From Octopus sinensis (taxonomy: Eukaryota), in contig NC_042999.1 in the NCBI RefSeq assembly GCF_006345805.1, positions 38,502,001 through 38,566,000 on the forward strand: a stretch of DNA of 64,000 nt. Direction: 5' to 3'. Under the pieces are notes generated by a model that saw only the letters and a list, made by a program, of their open reading frames with translations, was not told the DNA's origin and did not search any database. Positions 38,991 to 51,007 of this stretch are shown here, one piece after another. The first letter of the stretch is position 1, and each line of letters opens with the position of its first letter. The position numbers were made by a program, and so were the translations under genes.

Positions 38991-39252
38991 ATTGTGCCTT
39001 TCGAAACACGTGTAGAATGAAATAAAACGATTTCTGTTCAATCTGCGTTCAGCTCCATTTCTTCAATTCACTAATAATATTTTAATTTCAATTATCCGCA
39101 CCAACGCACGGTTGCAACACCATATGGTTGTACCTCCAACCGTGCTGTTTACTGCTGTGATTTTTGCTACTAAGGTATCGGTTAAACTTTTGATTAATCT
39201 ACTACAAGATTATTCATCTTTCTATTTCACATATATATATATATATATATAT

Positions 39253-40219
39253 ACTAAGTAATTAAGGGTTTAGCAAAGAATTGCCTCACCAACACACCGA
39301 ATTTAGAAATAGCAGTCAAAGAGATATAGCTATTCCTTCTACTAAAAGGGGGATCTCAGTAAAAACACAGCATTTGAAAGGCAAACACAGACAGGTAAGA
39401 AAGAAAGAATGAAATGACGGCAATCTATCATAAAATTTTAAGTTACCTACGGACGTACGTTTCGAAATCAAGTTTTAGGAAAGCATAAGAATTAGAAAAT
39501 TCTACCTTACCCAAACTTCTTTTCTCATCGGCGCAGGATACTACAATTATGAATAATTGTATATTAAATTTTGAGATACTAGAAGGCATTATCTCAACTC
39601 AGTGTCAGAGCGAGCCAAAGCATGACCAGTACCACGAAATTCAAAGTGTGAATGCAAGTTTGTGTCACCAGCCCCCTTCCACCCGCGTGTAGCCAAGACA
39701 AAATGCTGTGGTCATTTACTGGGATAAAATATGGTTATCAGTAACAATAAACGGTGAAATTAATTAATTTGGAATAATTATCAATTACACCAAGTAGATT
39801 TCGGCATGTAAAAGCCCCATTCGAGGAAAATTTAAGTAATACTAAGTAATTAAGGGTTTAGCAACGAATTGCCTCACCAACACACCGAATTTAGAAATAG
39901 CAGTCAAAGAGATATAGCTATTCCTTCTACTAAAAGGGGGATCCCAGTAAAAACACAGCATTTGAAAGGCAAACACAGACAGGTAAGAAAGAAAGAATGA
40001 AATGACGGCAATCTATCATACAATTTTAAGTTACCTACGGACGTACGTTTCGAAATCAAGTTTTAGGAAGCATAAGAATTAGAAAATTCTACCTTACCCA
40101 AACTTCTTTTCTCATCGGCGCAGGATACTACAATTATGAATAATTGTATATTAAATTTTGAGATACTAGAAGGCATTATCTCAACTCAGTGTCAGAGCGA
40201 GCCAAAGCATGACCAGTAC
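39253..40219 (-). mobile_element. Tandem 588-bp non-coding HHR unit (1.6 copies), retrozyme-like
   Basis: 39253-39840 repeated at 39841-40219 with about 4 differences. HHR at 39446-39537 and 40034-40124. (TA)n on both sides. Confidence 0.85.
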
Positions 40220-40271
<52 letters not shown>

Positions 40272-40276
40272 ATATA

Positions 40277-40685
40277 GGTGCAGGAGTGGCTGTGTGGTAA
40301 GTAGCTTGCTAACCAACCACATAGTTCCGGGTTCAGTCCCACTGCGTGGCATCTTGGGCAAGTGTCTTCTACTATGGCCTCGGGCCGACCAATGCCTTGT
40401 GAGTGGATTTGGTAGACGGAAACTGAAAGAAGCCTGTCGTATATATGTATATATATATATGTATGTGTGTATATTTGTGTGTCGGTGTTTCTCCACCTAG
40501 CATTGCTTGACAACCGATGCTGGTGTGTTTACGTCCCCGTCACTTAGCGGTTCGGCAAAAAAGATCGATAGAATAAGTACTGGGCTTACAAAGAATAAGT
40601 CCCGGGGTCGATTTGCTCGACGAAAGGCGGTGCTCCAGCATGGCCGCTGTCAAATGACTGAAACAAGTAAAAGAATAAAAGAATA
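40277..40685 (+). mobile_element. tRNA-derived SINE (family A), young-looking copy
   Basis: Full head, body and tail; A and B boxes intact. Confidence 0.95.
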
Positions 40686-40704
40686 TATGTATGTATGTAT
40701 AGGT

Positions 40705-41165
40705 TAATTGAAATACGTTTGTCACATATTTCAGCTGCTAAAGACAAATACACTGCAGTTACCATGGAGAAAAATCTCTCTAATTGTAAAAAGGTGTGAA
40801 AACAGCAGTTCGATCAGTGTCGCCATCTGTTAGGAATCTCAGACATCAATGTTTCGAGTTTTTTTTTTTTTTACTCTTGTCAATGAGATGTACCTAAGTG
40901 ACGCAACTCTGAATGATCTAAAGAAAACTTGTAGCTTTATATATACTTCAGTCAATACGTTGACTGATTTTCTCTAGTAGATAGCCCGATGGAGATAAAT
41001 AACGAAACATTGGCGCAAAGCAATTTTTAGGTATGGGCACAATTTATGTTATTTGAAATATGGTTGTCCCGTATTGCAACTGCTAAAGGCAAATACACTG
41101 CAGTTTTTCTCCATGGTAACTGCAGTGAATTTGCCTGTAGCAGTTGAAATATGTGAGAAACATGC
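40705..41165 (-). mobile_element. Old HHR-bearing unit with direct end repeats and an inverted 5-prime copy
   Basis: 40705-40762 resembles 41050-41103. Hairpin at 41078-41148. Decayed HHR at 40836-40889: ATCTCA-TTGACAA-GAGT-A12-ACTC-GAAAC-ATTGAT-GTC-TGAGAT. Confidence 0.6.
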
Positions 41166-41269
41166 CTGTTCTATAAAGAACTATGTTATTACAGATGTTA
41201 GTGGCAAAAATTATATTATTGTATACTACTTATATTTCGTCTAGAGATTTTAAAACTACCTACTTTGCT

Positions 41270-41307
<38 letters not shown>

Positions 41308-41336
41308 AAAAAAGGAGATGTCGAACACGAGTGGTG

Positions 41337-41545
41337 ATATATAAAAAAGGAAATGAAGAAAATGCTGACAATAATTGAAGTAATTTAAGTAATTTAATTA
41401 GGTGAAAGTTCTTTTTACCGGTTGCGCATTTGTTATGCTTATCAAAATTTTGATAAGCATAACAAATGCGCAACCGGTAAAAAGAACTTTCACCTAATTA
41501 AATTACTTAAATTACTTCAATTATTTGTCAGCATTTTCTTCATTT

Positions 41546-41559
<14 letters not shown>
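41337..41559. repeat. 223-bp loop-less palindrome
   Basis: Centre caaaa|ttttg at 41447/41448; arms differ by one indel. ORFs 41216-41473(-) and 41422-41766(+) share an identical 34-aa start. Confidence 0.95.
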
Positions 41560-41597
<38 letters not shown>

Positions 41598-42668
41598 CTG
41601 TGTGTGTATGTATGTGTGTGTATGTTTGTGTGTGTTTATGTGTGTGTGCATATATATATTTATGTATGTGTATATACATGTTTATATGCATAGCACGCAC
41701 GTACGCACGTACATATATTTAGTTTCATTGCACCTATGTCAGCGGCGGTCTGTAGGTACGAAATAATACACATTGTTAGTAGCGATATAGTTAGGCATAT
41801 TGTTATTTGCATGACTGGATCAATGATTGCGTTTGTTCATCTGTTTGCGTATATTAATTGGATGCTGTGCTTCTTATCTTTTCATTGGTTATTGAGCTTT
41901 TTCTTGTGTTCAGTGCTGGGTGACCGTATATTTAATTTGCTAATGATTTCTTTGTAATGCACTATATTTTCATATGTATGTGCGTGCAGGGTTTGTAAAG
42001 TGGTATATGTTTTGAGAGGACGTATTTTGGAATGACCTGAAGTTTAAACCTAATTAATGTTATATCTACCTATTGTAATTCATCACCCTCGTGACTGTAT
42101 CATTCAGAAGAATGGTGTCATCCAGAAGAAGCGTTATGTATTTATTCTGCCCCAAAAAAGAGAAAAAAATGTGTCCGTACTTGCGTGTAATCATTTTGTA
42201 TTTCCTGTCTTTGTATGTATCTAGAATTTAGTATACTTGATATGTTTTAAAGAAATATTTCTCTGTATAACTGCGTGCGTTGGATGAGATGATTTGACTT
42301 TGGTATTCTCCTAGAGAACTTAGCCATCATATACTCGCACATGCACAATGTTTTCAAAGCATGAAGACAGAATTTCGTCTCTAAAGTCTCAAACATCTGT
42401 AACCACACCAAATACACACATACATACACACCAACGAAAAGATAAAAATAAAAACTCAGATGTTTATACATTACATACATAAACCGTTACTATTAAATCA
42501 TTAACTACATATACACGTAAGCCACTCGCATCAGAACGATTCATTAAAAATATATCGACTAGCAATAGATATACCATAATTAAGTTCAAGGGGAAAAAAT
42601 ACAAATAAATACTTGTACAAAGAGTCACGCACGTAAACACTCACATATATTTATATATATATTAAAAA

Positions 42669-43030
42669 CTAGCAGTATCGCCCGGCGTTACTCGGGTTTG
42701 TAAGGGAAATAACTATACAGCATTTTTAGAGAGTTATAGCCAAAAAATAGCCAAAAAATGCATTAAAAATGGAAAAAATATGATGATAATTTTTTTTTAA
42801 ATCGTTGACTCATCGTAGACATTTTTAGAGAGTTACTTCCCTTTAAAAAATATGCATGAAAATGGAAAAAAATGATGGTAAATTATTTTTAAAATCGTAG
42901 ACTCATCGTAGACGCGCGCTAATACCGAGAAGAGCTCGATATGAATCACGACTATAAGATACCCGGTTTTGGTTAAACAGCATCGCAAAATGTGGGAGTA
43001 GTTAGGAATCTAAATCGAAGGGGACAGACA
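42669..43030 (-). mobile_element. Non-autonomous Helitron, 5-prime truncated
   Basis: Minus end cccgagtaacgccgggcgatactgCTAG|T. Colinear with 9462-9850. Confidence 0.82.
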
Positions 43031-43749
43031 AAATCCGATGTTTTCCATACAAACTCATTTAGTCAAGTACTACTCCATAGATGTATGTCTAAGTGTTTTC
43101 ACATCTAAAGCCAATCATAAAGAAACCCTCTCAAACCAACGAGCCTTGTTGTGTTAAGCTAAATCAGCTTACATATACGTACTTGGAAATAGCAAAAACA
43201 CCACCATCCATTTACAAAATATTCATATAAAACTACAGTTTTATATATTAAATATATATTCTGTAGTTACTGACAAATAACAAATACCTATCCAAGCACT
43301 CATCCCATATCTGTACAATTATCGTTCCAGACATAAAAACAAGTATAACCTCTCATCAACACTTACGCGCTCCACTTGTACACATACAAAAGTATCAACC
43401 ATACAAAATTCTAAAGTGTTACAAGCGGAGGAAATACAAAGCATCCATACATACATAGGCATACAAAAAAACATACGCACAGGTGCACATACACACACAT
43501 GCACACACAAATAACCTTTTCAACACGAAATACAAAATTCAACAACAATGTCAAAATCCGAAGTTTTCCATACAAACTCATTTAGTCAAGTACTACTCCA
43601 TAGATGTATGTCTAAGTGGTTTCACATCTAAAGCCAATCATAATCAAACCCTCTCAAATCAATGAGCTTTGTTGTGTTAAGCTAAATCAGCTTACATATA
43701 CGTACTTGGAAATAGCAAAAACACCACCATCCATTTGCAAAATATTCAT
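43030..43749. repeat. ~197-bp direct repeat pair, 523-bp period
   Basis: 43030-43226 and 43553-43749, roughly 95% identical by eye. Confidence 0.9.
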
Positions 43750-45201
43750 TAACATTCATATAAAGGCTCCCCTATTAAAAATTACAACAAATAGAAACTC
43801 CGTATCACGAAAAAGCAAAACGGAATCACCAAAAGAGAGTATCTGAAAATCATTATCTAAACAACAAAAGCAGAATACATTAGGGAAATAACAGAAGCAC
43901 TAGATAACACTTGCAAAAGAAATTACAAAGTACAAACATAACATCTCACATAAAAGTAACCGAAGGAATCATTGAAGAGAGCAGAACAGTAGGTTTCAAT
44001 CAATAAAAGAGAAGCACAAAGCAGTGAAGAAAAACAAGTTCTAGTCTACATGCATATTAAATACCGTATAGATACACAATACGAATCATAAGTTGTTTCA
44101 AGACCGCAGTTGCGAGTGATACGTTTCGCAAAATAAACGATATAGTTAGACGCATATCATCTGCATCAATTGGGCACTGCGCCGCTCATTCTTCGAAAAT
44201 AAATCAAGGTACGTCATACGGATATGTACAGTAGAGACTTACCTCCCTTTACCTGTCCTTAATTTAGTGGTTTAGTGGCTTTAGTGTTAATTTAACTCTT
44301 ATTTTTAGCATGAGCGGTGCTGGCCACCACCTTCCGCCACTTTTCTGTCCGCTTTTTATTTTGCCTTTCGCTATCGAAAAAATGTAGAAGTGTATCTCTT
44401 CTCTGTCTATCTCTCTCCCCCTCTTGTTCTTCATCCTTTCTGCTTTTCTCTCCCACCTTTCCCTATTCTTTTCCTCTCCTCTTCACCGTTCCCTTTCTCT
44501 CTCTCGCTCCTCCTCCTCGACTCTCTCATCACTGACACGTGATGAGAGGGAATCTATCTTTTCGATTACTACCTTCACAAAGACTAAACGGGCTTATCCT
44601 GTCTCTGCATAAGCTCATCTCCTTAAACGTTCTGAATAATATTTCCATCGTCTTGCCTTAACAACCCTCATCGTTTGTTTTTACTGTTTTGTTCTCATTG
44701 TTCTGTCTTTTACTGTTTTTTTTATTGTTTTTACTGTTTTGTTCTCACTGTCCTGTTCTTGTTACCACTTTCACCCTCCGTAAAAAAATTCCCAAATTTT
44801 ATTTGTCGCTTCTTGTACTTACCTTCAGAATGGCGGCATGGATGAAACAAGGACACAACTGATGAAGGGGAATATTCTTTATGTTGTATGTCTCGTTTCT
44901 CTGTTTTTTTTCGTCGTTTGAAAAAAATTTCGTTTCAATGTTTTTGCTTTTATATTTTCGTTTCTCATTGTGTTCAACTTTTTTTTTATATCCTGTACCC
45001 ATACATGTACGTATATATACATATATATGTACGTATATGTACGTATATACATATATATACATATATATGAAAGTATATGTACGTTTATATACATATATAT
45101 GTTGGTATGCACATATATGTATGCATATATGCCTATATTTATATATTATTTATATTATATATATATATATATATATCTATATATATATATATCTATATAT
45201 A

Positions 45202-45596
<395 letters not shown>

Positions 45597-45599
45597 ATA

Positions 45600-45745
45600 T
45601 ATATGTTTGTGTATCTGTATTTAAAAACACGTCGGAATATGTACTAAGCTTACAAAGAATGGGTCCTGGGGCTGATTTGTTCGACTGAGCTCGGTACTCC
45701 AACATGGCCGCAGTCAAATTTTGAAACAAATAAAAGAATATAAGA
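45600..45745 (+). mobile_element. Family A SINE, 3-prime half
   Basis: gcttacaaagaat..ggggctgatttgttcgact..catggccgcagtcaaat..aaaagaata. Confidence 0.75.
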
Positions 45746-45909
45746 ATATGTATATAAAAATTATAAATATGCACGCACATATATCTTAATAACATATACA
45801 TACACACACACATGCATACAAACACATATATATTTATAATATATATTCTGTTAATCTTTTACACGCTTCAGTCCTAAGGCTTTGGCCACGCTGGAGCACT
45901 GCCAGTGTA

Positions 45910-46570
45910 ATCATCGTTCCAATGGCCAGTCTCATATCATTAGTTTTTAGTTAAGGAAGGATTCCGACAATGCTGCCGACTTTAAAATTTTTCTGCCTTG
46001 ATAGCAGTTCATATGTGACCTTGGTTATCCGGAGTTCAACTACTCCTACTCCACGAAGATCCCTCAGATGTTTTGTTATTACGTTAAATAGCTTTGGAAG
46101 CTTGAATCCCAAGCTGCTGCAGTACATGACCCTCATTCTAGATGGGATAGCTGGGAACAGTGCAGTGACGTCTTGTTCGGGTGCTGGCATAGCCTTCGAT
46201 ACCAAAGTTTGGTGCCAGCCCTTCTTGGATCTTCCATTCGTATATTACTGCATACCTCTCCTTGCAATCTACCTGATGTAGCACCGCTGAACTGACCGAA
46301 GGTCTGCTATCGACTTGACACAGTAGGGTTATTAGATTTGAGAGCAGTAGTCCAGGCACTTGAATACCAATGATCTCCATAGAAACAGCAAAGAAGCATG
46401 GTCATTTATTTTGAAGGTTCTCAGAATCCATCCTGGTATATTGATGATATGTACATGAAACGTTGCTCATATCAATCCCCAGATCACGCACTGTATGTGG
46501 CTCTGGGATGGCCACTACTTTTAATCGAAATTATTTTGTTGGAGTCTGTGAGTAGCAGAAGGCGAGAAAT
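45910..46570 (-). mobile_element. CR1-group LINE RT C-terminal relic
   Basis: Frameshifted VRDLGIDMS, GWILRTF..LWRSLV..LDYCSQ, RYAVIYEWKIQEGLAPNFGI..RRHC, YCSSLGFKLPKLFNVITKHLRDL. Confidence 0.8.
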
Positions 46571-46640
46571 TTACCTGCATTAAATTGCATGTTGTTTACT
46601 TTGGCTGATTTATATATGGCATCAATGTCTTTCTGTAGAA

Positions 46641-46698
<58 letters not shown>

Positions 46699-46812
46699 TA
46701 TATAAGCAATAATAAATCTCTGTATCTACAGTAGCTGCACGACATCGTAAAGTATATTCATCATTTAAATGTGGCTAACCCTTATGGGAAGATGCTACTG
46801 TAGCTTGTAGCC

Positions 46813-46899
<87 letters not shown>

Positions 46900-46904
<5 letters not shown>

Positions 46905-46980
46905 GGTCCCGGGTTGATTCGGGGTTAACCACAGTAAATAAGGTACACAATACATAGCAGAGTAAAATTAATTTATTATA
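46900..46980 (-). mobile_element. Family A pLTR tail
   Basis: Reverse complement of 2975-3050; abuts (TA)n. Confidence 0.75.
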
Positions 46981-47040
46981 TGAGCATTTATTAAATAGAT
47001 GAATATAGATATATACATACATACATATATATATATATAT

Positions 47041-48464
47041 TATATAAAAGGGCTTAGTAAAATAAATTACTTTGCCGCATACTGAACTCATTAGAAATAG
47101 CAGCTAAAAAACTTTTTTAAAGCTATTTCTAATACTTAAAGAAAATCTCTCTCATATATAGTGTTTGCTTAATTCAACTCACAAAAGTTTGGGGGTAAGG
47201 ACATCGAAAAATCAAATGCTAAGGTTATTTGAGAACGTACGTTTCAAGATTAGTCAAAAACAACACTTCTATCATCAGCTCAGAAATTCCTTGGTTTGGA
47301 TTTGGAAACACTGAAAATAAGAACATACCCTTTCGAAGATTTGCTCGTAACTAACAGTGCCAACAAGTTCAAATAAGCAAGCGAAGAATCTCTGTTCTCC
47401 CCTTTCCACCAGCGTGGGTTAAAAACATCAAACACTACGCTTATTTCGGTAAAATCCGAAGCATTAATCAGAGGGAGATTGCTTATTTGAATTTGTTGGC
47501 ACTGTTAGTTACGAGCAAATCTTCGAAAGGGTATGTTCTTATTTTCAGTGTTTCCAAATCCAAACCAAGGAATTTCTGAGCTGATGATAGAAGTGTTGTT
47601 TTTGACTAATCTTGAAACGTACGTTCTCAAATAACCTTAGCATTTGATTTTTCGATGTCCTTACCCCCAAACTTTTGTGAGTTGAATTAAGCAAACACTA
47701 TATATGAGAGAGATTTTCTTTAAGTATTAGAAATAGCTTTAAAAAAGTTTTTTAGCTGCTATTTCTAATGAGTTCAGTATGCGGCAAAGTAATTTATTTT
47801 ACTAAGCCCTTTTATATAATGTAATAATTTGAATTCGCCTTGAATGGTCCCTTGCATACTGAACACTTGGTGAAATTGATTAATAATTAATTAATTTTGC
47901 CCTCAATTGTTGAAATTATAATTAATCTCCCTCTGATTAATGCTTCGGATTTTACCGAAATAAGCGTAGTGTTTGATGTTTTTAACCCACGCTGGTGGAA
48001 AGGGGAGAACAGAGATTCTTCGCTTGCTTATTTGAATTTGTTGGCACTGTTAGTTACGAGCAAATCTTCGAAAGGGTATGTTCTTATTTTCAGTGTTTCC
48101 AAATCCAACCAAGGAATTTCTGAGCTGATGATAGAAGTGTTGTTTTTGACTAATCTTGAAACGTACGTTCTCAAATAACCTTAGCATTTGATTTTTCGAT
48201 GTCCTTACCCCCAAACTTTTGTGAGTTGAATTAAGCAAACACTATATATGAGAGAGATTTTCTTTAAGTATTAGAAATAGCTTTAAAAAAGTTTTTTAGC
48301 TGCTATTTCTAATGAGTTCAGTATGCGGCAAAGTAATTTATTTTACTAAGCCCTTTTATATAATGTAATAATTTGAATTCGCCTTGAATGGTCCCTTTGC
48401 ATACTGAACACTTGGTGAAATTGATTAATAATTAATTATTTTGCCCTCAATTGTTGAAATTATA
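47041..48464 (+). mobile_element. Tandem 545-bp non-coding HHR unit with inverted 5-prime copy, retrozyme-like
   Basis: Inverted copy 47041-47480, forward partial 47481-47923, forward full 47924-48464. HHR at 47230-47282(-), 47577-47629(+), 48121-48173(+). (TA)n on both sides. Confidence 0.88.
47577..47629 (+). ncRNA. Type I HHR motif, canonical core (identical copies at 48121-48173 and 47230-47282)
   Basis: TGAG-CTGATGA-(26 nt, imperfect stem II)-GAAAC-GTAC-GTT-CTCA. Palindromic ACGTACGT, GUU triplet. Confidence 0.75.
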
Positions 48465-48548
48465 TATATATATATATATAATATATATATATATATATAG
48501 TCATTATACTGCGGAATGAAACAGTTCTAGTCCTGTAGAAGCTCCTTC

Positions 48549-48640
<92 letters not shown>

Positions 48641-48814
48641 ACATGTATGTATTTATGTATGTATGCATGTATGTATGTATGTAGTATGTATGTTTGTATG
48701 TATGTGTGTCTGTGTGTCTGTGTACATGCACTGAACTTTCGGTAACAGCCATTCAATGTTGTGCCACATCTTAACCGGCTTCCAACGACTTATATAAATA
48801 TGAGAATATAGCCG

Positions 48815-49286
<472 letters not shown>

Positions 49287-49590
49287 CTATATTCATCTAT
49301 TTAATAAATGCTCATTTTCTTTCAGTTCGTTGCTACTCTCTGCCACTGTTTCAGGTTATTCGCAGAAATAATCCTATAAAATTTATATAATCATTGATTA
49401 CTTGTTTCCCGCTCTACCAACGTATCAGAAATATATTGGCATATACTTATAAAACAGTACACACATACGGTCATATTTATACGATGTACCAACACATATA
49501 TTGATGTGTGTGTGTATGTAAATATGATGCATCAACATATCTATTGCATGTGTGGTATATATTATACACGCATATATATTTATATACATG

Positions 49591-49628
<38 letters not shown>

Positions 49629-50833
49629 TTCATACTTAGATACATACACACATATGTGCATATATACATATATATAAATACATCTATAGGCATATATATA
49701 TATATAATATATATATATATATATAAAATATTATTTGAGACAAAACCACTATTTTGCAAAACAATATGTAAGTATGTATGTATGTAAATAAATGCACATA
49801 TTTCAATGCGCACATAACTACATATATATCAATACACGCGTACATGTACATCAACACACACTTACATATATATATACATCCAATATATTAAACTTGTATG
49901 TTTATGAGTAAATAATCGGTCGGTTCAAGTAGAATAGATATTAAAAGATTCAAAGACTTGTAGTTTCGAAGTTAAAAGTTTTATATAAATATTGTCTGCT
50001 AACTTATGTGTTGAGAGTTATTCAATTATCACTGCTTCGTCTATATTGTAATGATGTAAGTAATATTTAGTTCTCATGGATTTTCAAATATCAAAGCATT
50101 GCATTATCTATTAAATTACCGAACATTTGCTACATTCCGTGTTCTTTTAATATAAAAACATTTATCCATACACGCTTACATTCTTATACATAGAAAGAAG
50201 TAGAGACGCATATATTTTCGAGATAAATGTATAGTATGTGTGGAAGTTTTTGTATGTATCCGTGTATTTAGTTATGAATAGAAACTGGCTGTCATGTAAT
50301 TAACTTACAAACGCATCTATTGTGATTGAATAAACATGAAGTAAAAATTTGATTTTATACTTTAGGCAATATTGGTATATAGAAGTAAGTGTGTAACCAT
50401 GCACTGTACATACTTACATAATTCATACATTCCTGCATTCACAAATACATACATACATACACATAAATATTCTATATATTGGATATATGTGTATGTATAC
50501 TATGTATATAACGATGTTTGTGTGTACCTGTATGCATATGAAATGTATTTACACATATACACATACGTTTGAATTATGCATATATGCCCGCATATATATC
50601 CATATATGTGTATATCCACGCACATTGATACACATACCTGCTCACACACTAAAAAAGATGGGTGTATGTACACATTGTATATGTATATAAGTGTATATTT
50701 AAACCACAAGCTTTCCCATCATATCCACACGCAGGTTCTCATACGCTCAAATACATATATAAAAGCATGTATATATATATTTATACATGTAAATAAGTAT
50801 ATCCTATGTGTCTGTCTGTCTGTGTGTCTGTTG

Positions 50834-50896
<63 letters not shown>

Positions 50897-50951
50897 GTAT
50901 ATATATATGTATGTACACACACACATACACATATATAGAAATATATATCCC

Positions 50952-51007
<56 letters not shown>

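Larger units (their letters stand above)
36677..39071. mobile_element. Head-to-head rearranged Penelope-like element with 129-bp identical inverted ends
   Basis: 36677-36805 equals the reverse complement of 38943-39071. 37887-38085 equals the reverse complement of 38745-38943 (3 mismatches). Two divergent ORF halves. Confidence 0.92.

Noticed and set aside
43750-44800. Very old PLE coding relic and pLTR (YIREITEAL; GTGATGA-GAGGG..TTTTC)
   Set aside because: Similarity too fragmentary to annotate.
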